Assembly (NCBI GenBank): GCA_030248215.1
Contig: JASANG010002537.1
Coordinates: 310,001-374,000, forward strand
Direction of reading: 5' to 3'
DNA length: 64,000 bases
Source of the DNA: Enoplolaimus lenunculus
Taxonomy: Eukaryota
Shown here: piece after piece, positions 37,601 through 51,003 of the stretch
How positions within the stretch are numbered: the first letter of the stretch is position 1
Layout: each line of letters begins with the position of its first letter
Notes under the pieces: generated by a model
Told to the model about the DNA's origin: nothing
What the model saw: the letters and a program-made list of their open reading frames with translations, nothing else
Databases searched by the model: none
Position numbers and translations under genes: made by a program

Positions 37601-40600
37601 TTGTTTTGCGATTTCGCAGATGTATCAGTTTTCGGCGAACTCAATTCATTATTTGCTTGCGTTTTGGCAGCGGCTTGTTTCCAGTATGCCGTATATTCGA
37701 AATGATGAAAACCATCTGTTACACAGTTACGCACCGCAAGTGACCAAGGCTTACGTAGAATCACGCTTGAATGTTGTTGCAGCTGTGTCTAGGTATTTTT
37801 AAGTATTTGTTATGAATCGCAAAGAACGATTTAGATTAAACGTTCAGTTCTTTACCATCATCTTTAAGTAATTCTGTTTCGTATGATATAAATGCAAATT
37901 TTTTACCTCATTTATTGTTGGCATTGCACTAGTGAGGATTTGGGCCTGGGCCAAATTTCCTCACTCGAAAAATTTTCATGTTCAGCACCCACTTGAACGA
38001 ATCTCATGGTTTAAAATTATGTATACTTATAAAATATGTAAACTTATAACATCGGAACGATTACAAAATGGGTTAGCGTCACCTCTGAACTTCAAAATAT
38101 GAAATTTATGCGAAAAAATTTAAAAATACAAAAATTTGCTAAAAATATCAAGAATTTGCGAAAACTTACAGATTGTAACATTTTAATTGTTTATTTCATA
38201 CAATATTGAAGTCAAGTCATCCGCCATCCTCTAAGCTTTAGGAAAATTTAGGACCCTTTAAAAACGTTTTTGTCCGATTGTGAATTATGCTAGTTCCGGT
38301 TCCCTTCGCATGTAGACTTGCGTCATTGATTGTCGAGTGCACCTGAACTGGTTACCGGCAGATGTTTTAGCGTTTTCCTAACTTTGACATTGCGTTTCTG
38401 GCATCGTTCGTATTTCAGGGATGGAATAGAAGATCCTTTGGATGATCACAGTTCGCTTGCTCAGCAGTTAGAACAAGTAGAATGAATCTATTCTATAATT
38501 TTAAATATATTTTGAGAACGTATATAAGTTTTTCAACTCATATTTGTTAATGTAATGTCATTTTGGGAATAGACAGTTAGCAGTGCTTTGAACAAACACC
38601 AGTTTATCGTGATATCGCGTTTTTATATCAAATTATTCTCTTGATTTCAATTAGCTGGTTGTGTGTTTGTAAGATTGTTCTTGATTTTAAGTTTGAATTT
38701 TGAAATTTTAATGTAAAAAGATGTCTATCTGTCATGGAATTGCGCTATATTGTTTATAATGATTGGTGCCGTCTATGACTATTGGAACTGGTCCAGAACA
38801 ATCAAGTGCAAGATTATCCTAATTACGGTTTTCAGCTATCTGTCATATGTCGTTGTGATTACGAGTCGTTTTGTCAATTAATTGCCCAACTGTTTGATGA
38901 AATGGCATCGCGTTATCAGTCTAGTGTGACGGGAGCTGGTGTTACAGCCAACAGTCAAACAAGTCACCAGCCGCAAAGTAGCACCGCTGAAACAAACGGA
39001 CCCACAGCGACGCCGAGCATTGCCGATCAGGAAGGCTGTTTGGCGTGGCTGGTATTCATTTCAGGTGCAGCCATTGGCGGCCGAGTCTCGTTCAGTAGTT
39101 GTGAAGACGAAGACGAAACCGACGGGTATTTGATTTGTCGGTAAGTGCAAAACCCATTTGTTATTCTGCAAGAAAGCATTTAGACAATAATTAAAGCAAC
39201 ATATAGCTTGGCTCTGTTTATGAGACGGATGATGGTTAACTTTTAATTATTTTGTTTCAGAGTTTTACAACTGATGCAATACACTGATTCTCGGTTGCCA
39301 GCACACGGAGTTGAAAAATTGGAACTAGGATATCTTTGGTTTTTAGAGCAGTTTCGAAAGATTTACATCAGCGATCAGATAACCAGGATATTAAATGTAC
39401 ATGCTATGTTTTTGTTTTGTCCAGTGTATTATCCTTGTAACATGTAATACTAACCGAAAAGTTTGTTTATTTATATCATTCACTTAGCAATGTTAAAACT
39501 AGTATGCTCACCCAGTTTCTGTTGTAAATAGGTACCACAGCATCAAAACCTGGATAAGCGCAACAATAAGTGCTATTAATTTTCATATTTCACTGAGGTA
39601 TGTATACAATATCATAGGTTGTTCGAACAAAAATTTGCAATGTTGGCTGTTTCAGGTATACAAGAAGCTGGGTGAAATTCTTGGTCTTAAAGATGAATCT
39701 ATGGTTCTAGCTGTGTTTGCTCGAAAAATGTTAGATTTTATAAAAATGACTTTTACTTTTTGATTCGTTTTTATCGGAACAGAATAGTTATACTTGTTAT
39801 TTTATTAGACGTTGATGTCAGTGAAAACTACGTTTCCTGATGTTTACACTGTACAAAACAATTTAACAAAATCGTTTAGTTCTTTGAATTACTATGTAAA
39901 AAGGTTCAATAATTTGTTAGCTTTGCTGCGTTACGATTTATTAAATAGGACTACTTTGAATGTTTTAGCATCACCAATTTGAAATATTGGAGCTGTCAAG
40001 AGCGAATAATCGATGAAACACTTGCTTTATTGAATGATCTTTCGATCGGATATGCGTCAGTAAAGAAACTAGTCAGACTTGAAGAAATACAATTCCTTTT
40101 TAATAATCATACGGTGAGGAGATAAATGAGTCAGCCATATATAACACGAGTTTCTGTTAGTACGAAAGTCATTGAGATTATAGTTTGGCATAAAGAGTTG
40201 AGGAAGTGAAAATTTTCAGACTAATGGACTAGAGGTTGTATCTGAACACCTTGACGTGTCTAGTGTTGCAAGCTATACTTAAAAACTTGTACTTTTTGCA
40301 GTGTGAATTGAGATAATGAGTGATTTTAGGGCAAGATAATTTGTGGTTACATAATTTCATAATTTGATATTTTTTACCGTATAGCTATTTTTTAGTTATC
40401 CATAATAAACATTTAGACGTAAAATAAGCACGGATTGCAGTGTGTGATACCGTGTGTATTCCGAGTTATTTTATATCATTTCAGAGCGATCATTTTGAAT
40501 TGTTGGGAACAAATGCAAACGTCAAAATGATGAAGAGTCGTAGTAAATTTTACACCGCATTAACTCGATTATTAGCGTTAGAGTTACAGTTAGAAGACGA

Positions 40601-43600
40601 CGAACAATTCCAGCGATATATGATGCCAATTACAGGTATTACAGGTCGTTGTAGCAAGGCTTTGAATCAGGCTTAACTTTATCTGCAGATTTGATATTCA
40701 TATATAGTTAATTTGAATGTTTGTTGATTTTAATTAAGGTTTGTTCAATTTGATCAGTTGGTAACACGATTTGGTCTAATTAATTGCACCAAACCTATGG
40801 GACTAATATTTTGCTTTTGTAGACAAAAATAGTGTGAGATATTTCTCCACCATCTCTGATTTTTTGCACTTGGTCACTGACTCTTATTAAAATATCAATT
40901 TTTCGCTTGTAATCGATACTCAATTGTTAAGTTTTCTTAAACAAAATCATTGCAGTATGAACGCGACGAATTTGTAGTTTTTCAGCTTCTTTGGATCAAT
41001 TACGGAAGCTGTTTGCATCTATGCCTGACAGTTCATTAATTGCTCAAATTGAGGCCAAGGTACGCGATTAGTTTGTTCAGAATTTTGTAAAAAATTTATG
41101 CTGTAAGTATAGTGCAAAACAGACAGCTGCTGAATGAATGTGAGAATTGGCTAACTTTTTGTTCGCTGTCACTTCAAAAAGGGGCTAGTTGTATCTTTCT
41201 AAAGGCAATGTTTTTTCGGCTAACCATAGTGAAAATATTATAAACCATTTTAGTTTGCTTGCTGTGGAACAGCTGAGTTTCGTCTTTTTCGGTTGTAAAG
41301 GCATTAAGGCGACGTTTCTCAATGAACTGTGTGTAATTTTTAGAGAATGACACGTTTTTAACTGAAGTTGATCTCAGGACGTTTTTAGAGTTATTCTTTT
41401 AATGCTATGTGCTTCTTGCTAAAGAATTGAAGCAGTATTGTTTATTTTTAGAAAGCGATAATTGGCCTGGCTCGTGATATTCATGGCATAGCATTTGCAA
41501 GCAACTCAAAGTCAGCATATTATATGCTGTTCAATTGGCTGTGAGTCTAATTTTATTACTGTTTTCTTATTTGTTTATATTTACAAATGAATGGTTATAC
41601 TGTTGTATTCATGCATATTGGTTCTACGAAACATAATGCGTGTGTAACACGGTACGGGGTTACACTTGAACTAACCATAACGCCCGCTGTAAAGGTGCTC
41701 GAACTATCAACCCTTAGACGCCGCTTTCTTGTACAAGGAGCAGGCGAAAGCAAATTTCAAGGGAAACACCAGAAATCGCCGCTCACTTACTGGGTGCTGG
41801 CGAAGGAAAATAACACAACGAACATACTAAATATGCTGCCACTTTTAACACGAAAAAACCAATGCGATAACCTATAGTTGCGTTTATTAAGAGAATAAAA
41901 ACACCCGAATAGCGAAACTTAGACCTTACAACTCAATTCACCGCATTTTTTTACAAGAAAATGCATATATCGCATGCTTTGAAAAAGATTATAATTGTCA
42001 GCCACGATTCAAAACAAGTTGATATTGCATAATAAACTAAAATTATTCTCTGAAACGTTATGTTTTTAGAACAATATTTTGACAGACTGAATATCTGTTA
42101 AACGAAATTCTTGCGCTAAACAAACTGAACGAAATTCTTGTGCTATGGCAGAATAAAAATGCAGGATTTATAAAAAGAATATAAATTGCGGGGACCATCA
42201 GCAATTGCAGCATGAATGCATACGTTTGTGTGTAATTGTATGATGTTTGTGTGCGATTGTATGTATATGTAATCATGTTTGTTTTGTTTGTTTGTTTATT
42301 TGTTTGCTTGCTTACACATGTACGTACTCTCAGAGACGACTTTTTAGCTATTTCATATGAGATTGTTGCGTAAAATATCACAGAGTTGCGCATGGCTCAA
42401 ATCAGATTTTTTATTTTAAGGTACCCCGACTATTTCAATATCTTCCACAAAGCAATAGAGGTAAGTTGCTTTATTGCATTATAAACAGACTCACTTATTC
42501 ATACAGGTTCTTCTTTTCATAAACTGTGTTTGTGGTGTTAGAAATCGTTATTTTATTAAAGCTGGAGCTAAACGTAACAGAATTCACAATCATTTGTAAT
42601 TTGACTCATCTAAAACAAGGGTTTTGCTCACACAGCTTTGTCCCCCAACATTTATTGAAGTAGAAGCTAGATGGAACGGAACATACAATCAACCCAAAGT
42701 GTAATTTGCGTCAATTAAAACTAGGTGTTCAAATCTTTTACAATTTCAGAATATACTATTAAATTTATAAAAAAATTTCTTTTAAGCTATGGTATGCTGA
42801 TCCTGACCTCACAACGCCAATATTGAAATTAATGGCTGAACTGTGCCATAATCGCAGTCAACGCCTTAATTTTGACGTAACATCGCCGAATTCATACCTG
42901 TTGTTTAAAGAAGCATCGAAATTTATTTGTTCATATGGTAAGTTCAGCTTGCTTTAGTGGAGACTTAGTCTGGCGTTATTTGTGCGGCGCCGTCCACAAG
43001 TCAAAAAATGTTTAAAAAAATTTTATGCGGTAACATGCGGCATTTTACGTGCATTTCCTGCTATATGGTGCCGCGCAGCACCAGACGCCAATGAAATGTT
43101 CAAAAAGTAATGTGCTACCTTTAAGTCTATGTTGTAATGCTAGAGGGCATTAAGCTATACAAATGGATTGCCATTTTAGATGGATTCTCAATAACTGGTT
43201 TTTGTTCTACTAAATGTTTTTGGAACATTGGATTTTAAGTTCTTATTTTTTAATTCTTAACCTAAAGCCGAAAAATCGCAATTAATTTATAATCCTGTGC
43301 TAAGATAGTATCGCAAATGCTATATATAGAGTACGAGTTGCTTACGAGTTGCTTACGTTTTTGTAAGTTTAGAAGTATAAATGTGTTTATTTAATGCTTT
43401 ATTAAGTTGTTTGTTTAGGCACTCGTATGCTTGCCATTGCTGACATTCCAAAAGACCAAATGTATAGAATGCGACTCAAGGGTGTAACAGTATGCTTCGG
43501 TATGCTCAAAGCGTGCCTCTGTGGTGCATATGTCAACTTTGGCGTATTTCGGTTGTATGGTGATTCCTGTCTAGACGACTCAATTAATATGTTTATTCAA

Positions 43601-46570
43601 ATGCTCATTGCGATACCACAACACGATTTATTGGTAAGTCAGTGTTTTATACTCTCTATTTCAGATGTTTTGAATTTCTCAGATATGTAATTCGTTTTTT
43701 GAAAACTTTCCAAAATTATTTTGGGCCAAATCATGTAAGATTGTTAAAATTTGTTTTTCAGATAAGCTACTGTTCAAGTGCAAATCAAAGGCAAATCCGG
43801 TTTAATTTAAACTGAACTTTTGTTCAAGGTTTTAAAATTATACGTGCGCGTATGATTTTTTCTTTCAGGCGTATTCTAAACTAAGCCAAAACTATTACTA
43901 TTTGTTGGAATGCCTGGCGCAGGATCATATGTCGTTTGTTTCTCATCTTGAGCCACAGATCTTTCTGTATATTCTGCAAACCGTACACGAAGGTGTTACA
44001 GCACTTGGTAAGTTGATAAGAGTGCAAAAATAGTAGAAGTAAACTAGTAAATAAAATTATGATTTTCTCTCTTGGTTTTGAAGAAAATATTGAACCAAGT
44101 ATAGCTGATGATAAGGTTTGATTATTCCTCTGTGTTTTGCTATAACCGCAGATTTTTGATACGTTTACTGTCTGATTATGTTACCGTAGTAGTGAAATCA
44201 ATAGCTGAGACAAACACTGCTTTGTTAGCTCTATACCACTATCCAGCTTAGCCAAAAATGCAATCTGTTGATATCTATTGCTGAAGTGTAATTTAACCCA
44301 TAAACTGTTGTTATTATTATGAGCAAAATTACATTATCATCAGTGACTTTATTCGAGGAGACAGAGTTTTACTCGAAGTGACTGAGCGGACTGTCACAGA
44401 AAACGCTATTACCACTAAATTTAAAAATTTCATGTGGGCCGCTCCGGCATATTTTGTGACACCGTAACAATGTTATTTTGAGCAAAAACCTATATATGTA
44501 CGCTAGCGCATTTTGTTGTTATGTTATTACTTTTGTTAGATTCCATGATTTGTTCTGCGTGCTGCAACACACTTGATCACATTGTCACTTATTTGTATAC
44601 CCGAGTATGCCGAGTGCGTGCAGGTAAAACTGGAGAACAAACCCATATTGGAATGCCGCCGCAAGGAGATAATTGTCTTCGCACGCTTGAATTACACCCT
44701 GAAGTTTTTCAGCAGGTAAAATAGTAATAGTAGTTGGACTTGAACGAAACACTTTAATTTTTAAAAAATCGGTATTTGTGAAACCAAACCAGCGTATACA
44801 AATGATACAAGTATAATACAAAGTGAAGAAGCACGAAGCAACAAACTATTTTAAGGTTATGTGTCTGCAAGATCGCTGGTCTGTACTAGTGGGTATTTAA
44901 CTTTTTATTGTAGATAATGTCTACTATACTTGCAACGTTGATCTGGGAAGACTGTCGCAATCAATGGTCAATGTCGCGGCCACTGTTAGGTTTGATACTG
45001 TTGAACGAAAGCTATTTTTCCGAGCTTCGTGACCAGGTTAGTTTTTAGTCAAAAAATATTTTTATTTGACAGCTGTTTTTAATTATTCCTGGTTATAAAG
45101 TGCATTGTCAGTGCACTTTATTAATTTTGTTGTAATTAAACCGTATTAAGGGTATTTTGGTAGTACACAGTTAGCATGGCTTTTATCGTATTGATTTGCA
45201 CTAAACTTTTTCAATTGTTTATGTATTGTTTAATGTCTCAGTATTGTAAGTGTTGCAGATAATCAATTCGCTGCCTGAATCTCGACGGCCTGCTGTTGTT
45301 TCTGCTTTCAATCATTTAATGGAAGGCGTTGAACGAAGCGTATCGGTCAAGTGTAAAGATAGGTTAGTTTAATTTAGTGTCCAAAACAGCGTTTTTAAAC
45401 CGTCACGTGAAACGTGCATCTCCAAGAATTTGAAATCAAGTTTACGTCTGAATTTGCAACTGCCTGCATAGAGCAGTAAATAGCAGATAACTGCACTAAA
45501 TATCAATCACAATATTTATTGCGTGTTTTAATTTATTTGCGTATATTGCATTGTGACATCACTGGCTTCTCCACAGCTTGAAAATTGCCGCCGGGCGTTT
45601 CCTGGGGGGCCCCAGGAGTTTCCTGGGGGACAGCTGATTTTCCTGGGGGGCCCAGATGATCTGGGGGGTCCTGGGGGGCAGGCTTAAAATTTTGCAAACC
45701 GACTTTTTGGACCATTTTTTTCATTCTAGACCGTGTTTCCAACTCAACGTAAGATTATTCATCGCTCAACATGACAAAAATTTCTCGCAAACGCTAATAA
45801 TAATTTTAATTAATATTACGTATATACTGACAACTTAACCAGAAGTTGAAAGAAGCACAATTATATAAAATATAGATAATCTATAATTGAAACTGTGATT
45901 AATATATATTTTGTATATTAGTCACAGCTTCAATTTATCATAAGGCTCAGGCGCGTTGAACTTGCTGCTGCCAGGTACTTTCGAATGCTGTATGCCCTGA
46001 AACGGTCTTTATATAATTGTGCTTTTTCAGTTCATTATTGAATTGTATTAGTAACTACGGGTATTTGTAACGCTATTAAAAATTATGAGTACTCAGCGTA
46101 ATATAAAATCATATTTTGCCGAATGTCCGCCTCAAAAGAAGTATTGAAAATTTTTGACCTAGAAAAGTCAAATTTGCTGGGGGCATTTTGCTGGGGGGCG
46201 GCCGAAAATTCGCCGGGGGCCTTTCCTGGGGGCGTCAAAATTTTCGCCGGGGGGAAAATGAAAATTTCGAAAAGTGCTGGGGGGCCCCCGCCCCCCCCCC
46301 CCCCGCTGTGGAGAAGCCAGCATCATTACATACAAGTATGGAAATGTTTTCAGATTCACTCAAAATTTGTCCGTATTTCGACGCGAAGTATGCGAGTCAA
46401 TGAAAGCTGTAGTTGAAAACGAAGCTACTTCACCGTCGTCGGCGATGGCTGCTAGTTTAATCGGGGGTCCAGGTGGTATTGCAGTTGTGACACAGAGTGG
46501 CAAATTAACACGGCCAAATGCGGCCGCGACTGTGCTTAGTGGACAATCATCATCAATTATGATTACGTGA
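31654..46570 (+). CDS. XPO7: Exportin-7 / RanBP16-17 family karyopherin (about 1158 aa, 28 exons)
   Basis: Exons 31654-31674, 32651-32788, 33118-33211, 33540-33610, 33889-33987, 35014-35079, 35420-35569, 35873-35999, 36262-36335, 36646-36765, 36988-37134, 37620-37792, 38419-38476, 38836-39140, 39261-39396, 39656-39729, 39969-40113, 40485-40635, 40986-41059, 41452-41540, 42421-42460, 42787-42937, 43419-43633, 43869-44007, 44540-44715, 44914-45036, 45259-45362, 46354-46570. All are GT-AG and sum to 3477 nt in frame. Family motifs: [81 protein letters not shown]. Confidence 0.96.
42225..42312. repeat. Low-complexity TG/TA and (TTTG)n tract
   Basis: Visible simple repeats in XPO7 intron 20. Confidence 0.8.
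45562..46320. mobile_element. 759-bp non-autonomous DNA transposon, 16-bp perfect TIR, 5-bp TSD
   Basis: CATCA-CTGGCTTCTCCACAGC ... GCTGTGGAGAAGCCAG-CATCA; GC-rich subterminal CCTGGGGG repeats and an AT-rich core. Confidence 0.88.
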
Positions 46571-47505
46571 TAATAATTCCAGCAAAATTGTGGCCATTTG
46601 TGCGGAAACTGTAACAAAATCAGGAATTATTTTAGAATTCTTTTAAAAGCAGTTGCCTTCGTGACGCCTAGCAGTTTTCGTGAGTTGACGATTATGGGAG
46701 CAAGGTTTTTGCTTTAAGTGAACACAAAGATTTCTTGCTTATTTTCCCTCACAAAAAGTTCCTCGCACCTAATGGTTGGATTTATAAAATAGTTTGAGGC
46801 TTAAATTTTGACCAAGTCAGCATAGGCTTCGTTCAATAACAAACGGGGGTGTGTGTGAAAAACGTTTGCCTTCTATCAAAATATTAGCATTAGTGTAAAA
46901 GAAAGTAAACAAGTACCGTGGCAGGAACCTTAGCGCGCTGTTGAGAAATTTAAACACCGGCACGCTAGCAAGCATTTGCATTAACATTCTACTGATTAGT
47001 GGAAATCCCAACATTTTCGAGGATTAGAATATTCACTGGATTTTTGTTTTGTGTACTCTTTTTGTAAGCGAAACTGTTTTATCGAATACTGGAAACGCCT
47101 ACTGCTACAGTTTTAAAATCACTAAGCGAAACACAGATAACACAAAACGAAAATGGGGCCTGTGTTGTATGATTATCGCAAATCGTATTTTCATGTTTTG
47201 ATGATTGTATTTCTGTGTTATGTAAATTGTGTCAAGTTACACACTGTCAGATTAACAGAACTAAAGTCGTTGTATACATATTTGCAGTTAGTTCACATTA
47301 ATTTTATCAATGGTTGTACAGAGTTGTTTCTTATAACCCAGCGCTATCATTAGGTCATTTGTGGAGCCGTTGACAAAAATTAATATGAACGGTGCATTAC
47401 TACTGATAACATTCACCGGGCATCAGCATGTTTCTTTTGTGATGTATTGCAGTTATATTGTAATGCTCTATAATGTGTTTTTTATTAGTTTCTTGTTGAT
47501 CATAG

Positions 47506-47511
47506 AATAAA
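47506..47511 (+). promoter_or_regulatory. Candidate polyadenylation signal of XPO7
   Basis: AATAAA about 940 nt after the XPO7 stop, following a U-rich UTR-like stretch. Confidence 0.4.
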
Positions 47512-48319
47512 TATAATCAAAAGTTCGTTATGCCATTTCATGCATATTTTAGTGTTGTGGTCATTTTCGAAATCACTCCTTATTGTTCAAACTATCTGCT
47601 TTGGGTGCTTTTTATTTTCTCTTCAAATAAACAAATGGTACATAAAAAATTCTTTGGAACCAGCAATGAAACACAATGTTTCTTTATACTAGTGTTCCAT
47701 AAGAATTATCAATTCGTGTTGATTCCTTTTTGCCGCTGTATTGTTTTTCATAAATTTATTTTACATAGTTATAAATAAACAAGCAAAAGATTTGCTTTGT
47801 TTAAAGGGGATAAGATTATATTTGTGGGAAGTAAATAAGTGCCTAAGCTGAGTTATGTACGATTGCTGCGCTACTCATATATGTCTGTGAAAGCTCAGGT
47901 CTCGTTTAGTTAGTAATAAGGTAGTTTGTGGAAGGATTAGGATTGAAATGCCTATGTTAATCCATTTGTATTTAAATAACTTATTTAAAATAGGTTTTGT
48001 TATATGCTGTGAAATTGTGATGTGTAGTCCGCATGATGCAGATAGTGTCGTTGGTAAAGTTTCACTTTAATTGAAACTTGAAAGTAATTCATTTTGCCGG
48101 AAATTTTGCTTTAAGTTGCAATAATTATTATCCATGGTGTGTATAATAAAGGTTGGAATTCATCAGAAATGATGGTTAGAATGATTCTCTTGTTGACTGG
48201 TCGTTATGTGAGGTTCACGTTATACCCGGTCATCTTGGGCCCTGTTTTATTTCTATGAGAGTACAGGGTAACATTTTTGCTGCTTTTCACCCCATATCGT
48301 ATCCAAAAATTTGTAGCTA

Positions 48320-49198
48320 TCTCATCATATATATATAAAGGCCGTCCCATTTTCCCGAAGCAGAAATGTACCAGGAGTACCCGTCCCATTATCCCGGGAC
48401 AGCAATGTACCAGGAGTACATGCAAAAAATAATTGGGACAATGGGGACGCTTGGGACAGTGGAAACCAGCGGGGTAGATATGACGGAAAGTAAACAAGTG
48501 CCTATATGTGTATATACATATATACGTATATACATATATGCATTCACACACATATATTCTACGTAAATATATCTGCCTGCATATGTAAACAGGAGCGCAT
48601 AAGTGTGCACTCCGGGTATATTTTTGTCCCGAGAAATTGGGACGGCCTTTATAGTATCATGGGCCGAAATGTGGATGTCCGTCGGAAAAATCTCAAGAAC
48701 GGCTGAACCGATTTTGATAAACTTTTTTGCTTAAAAGCCAATTATTCTGGGGTGTTAACCTCGCATTGGGGTTTTAAAATTTTAAGCCGTTTATTAGCTA
48801 CACGGTAATTTGCATAATTAGTAATAAGCCTAAATTAGGATTTTCTACGTTATATCACTAATTATTACAGTTACAAGCAATCTATTTTCGGAATTAAAGG
48901 GTTTTTGGGTGCGAGAAATCTGCATAGACTGTTTGCAAACATCCAAAACCGATAATTGAGCAGTTAGCTAATAGATAATTTGCATAGTTTATAAGCCTAA
49001 ATTAGGACTTTACAATATTTCACTAATTATTAAGGTTAAAAGCAATGTAATTTCAGCACTAAAGGGTTTTCAGGTGCGAGTAATCTGAATAAATTGTTTA
49101 CAAACGTCCAAAACCAATAAATGAATAAATTTGCATATTAGCTTAACTGCTTACGCGTGTTCGAGCTTCGCTCAATACATGTAGTCCACTACGACTGG
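48320..49198 (+). mobile_element. Non-autonomous Helitron/DINE-like element
   Basis: Putative A|TC 5' end; core ATCTCAAGAACGGCTGAACCGATTTTGATAAA; internal repeats of roughly 130-150 bp; 3' hairpins GAGCTTCGCTC and GTAGTCCACTAC, then CTGG|T. An inverted homologue lies at 56119-56900. Confidence 0.65.
48333..48654. mobile_element. TIR element nested in the Helitron-like copy
   Basis: TATAAAGGCCGTCCCATTTTC ... GAAATTGGGACGGCCTTTATA inverted ends; internal direct repeat ATGTACCAGGAGTAC x2 and a TA-rich tract. Confidence 0.75.
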
Positions 49199-49770
49199 TT
49201 ATTTTGCGAAATCAAGCGATGGGTTCCTGTGTTTGGATTACACCGCAAACAACACTATACATTTATATAATTGTGTTGTGTGTTATATCTAGGTACTTCT
49301 AAAAAGTGTTAGTTAATGAATTTGTAATAAATTAAAATATTTTACATGTTTGAGCAGCTAACGTCTCTAAACATATTACAAAGATTTCACAACAAAGATA
49401 TTTGGTAAAATTAGCAAATTAAACATTTTAAATACCTAATTTCGCCTCACCCCTGGCTCCGGAAATTTTCACCTCCGATATTTACTTTTGCCGGATGTGC
49501 CGGCATTGCTAAATAAATGGTTGGGAGTTCGTAAGAAGCCTAAAATAAGCGCCACCAAAGTTATTTCGAAAGTTGAATTAGTCTCTACGTTTCTGTTTCC
49601 GACAGAAATTTTGCCTTATATACCTCAGTACATAAGCATAATTCGTATTTTCATTTTTAACTGTATTATAACATTCTACAAGCCACGCAGGCTTGTTTAC
49701 TGCAACTTTGCAGGCATTTTAAACGTCATGATATTGACAGACATTATTTCGAATATCATGATATTGCAGT

Positions 49771-50106
49771 CAGGGGTAGCCGGCAGAGTGCAACCAGAGG
49801 TGAAAAATACCGGAGCCGGAGGTCAACGAAACTTGCTGGAGATGAGGCGAAATTAAGTAGTGAAAATAATGGTTAATTAGATAATTTTAGCCAATATCTG
49901 CAAAATGTTAAATAGTTTGGTTTCACGCTAATTTTCTGCCAAATTTCGGCAATTGTTTCATGAAAATTGTGACAAAAGTCAATCTAAACGCGCTAAACAG
50001 ATAAATTTAGGAAAATTGTGCAAAATTTTACTACCGAAATTGCCGGAACCACCGGCAAAAAATCTACCAGAGCCGGAGGCAGACCTCCGGTTGCACCCTG
50101 GTAACC
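49771..50106 (+). mobile_element. CCGGA-rich MITE (family F)
   Basis: CAGAGTGCAACCAGAGG ... CCTCCGGTTGCACCCTG inverted ends. Confidence 0.7.
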
Positions 50107-50846
50107 GGATATCCGTGTCCGATAAAAATCAATGTCTTTTTCCTTAATATAAATAATGGGAATTCTGTTATTTGTACGCGCGTGTGTATCTCCACTATTT
50201 TTCATTGCACAAATGGCGCAATTATTCGAAATGAAATAAAAATTATGAAATTCATCGGACACCTTAAAAAATTTCGATGCATCCGCCATTTTTTCCTTCA
50301 AACTTTAGAAAACCAGGGAACATTTGCACGCCCCTTTATTGGCAGAAACATAAAACATGTAAAACTTTTATACTTCAATATCCGTTTTCCCTGTTTACGC
50401 CCTATTTGCAGTACAAACAGTGAATGTCACATCAGTATACCAGACAATTTAATGTTTAAGGCTTGTTGCCTGTTTATTGTTAATACGGACAAAACGTGGT
50501 CCAGGTTGCCCCAGCTATTATGTGAACCTCGACCTGGGTCTGATATTTATTTTGCCTCTCTAGAAGGTACCCTCTGTCATTCGATTACGGACTGTCATTT
50601 ATTTTCAATTCACCCCATGCAATGTAGTTGGCCCCAACATCATTCTTTTTTATATTCTTTGCTTTGGGCAGAATTGAGTTGCTCGAAACGTGACTGTTGG
50701 TTACCATGTCCGTTATTCTTTTTTCCCGGATTTTGTATACTTTGTGCTGTTTGGCTGAATGTCGGTTACATATTTGAACAGCCTGGGACATTCTACTCTT
50801 GTCTCTTTTATGGAGTCTATTATTAATAAGCATTATAAGCAGGGTA

Positions 50847-51003
50847 GGCAAATTGTATAGATGATGGCCGTAACAGCAGTATGAGCATATTCCTCAATAT
50901 AAAATCAGATATCTAAGCCTAAGCAAAATAAATAGTCTAAAGCTTAAGCTCATTTCATAGCAGTCCGCTGAAACACGGTTCACCCCTGATCTATACATTG
51001 GCC
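50847..51003 (+). mobile_element. Family D telomere-repeat MITE
   Basis: GGCCGTAACAGCAGTATGAGCATATTCCT...CTAAGCCTAAGC...GATCTATACATTGGCC. Confidence 0.72.

Noticed and set aside
45533..46416. Pro/Gly-rich ORFs (PQETPG repeats, poly-Pro)
   Set aside because: They arise from the GC-rich subterminal repeats of the 45562-46320 transposon.
50182..50826. 214-aa ORF
   Set aside because: Non-ATG start, runs through a family A MITE fragment at about 50525-50605, and has no recognisable motif.
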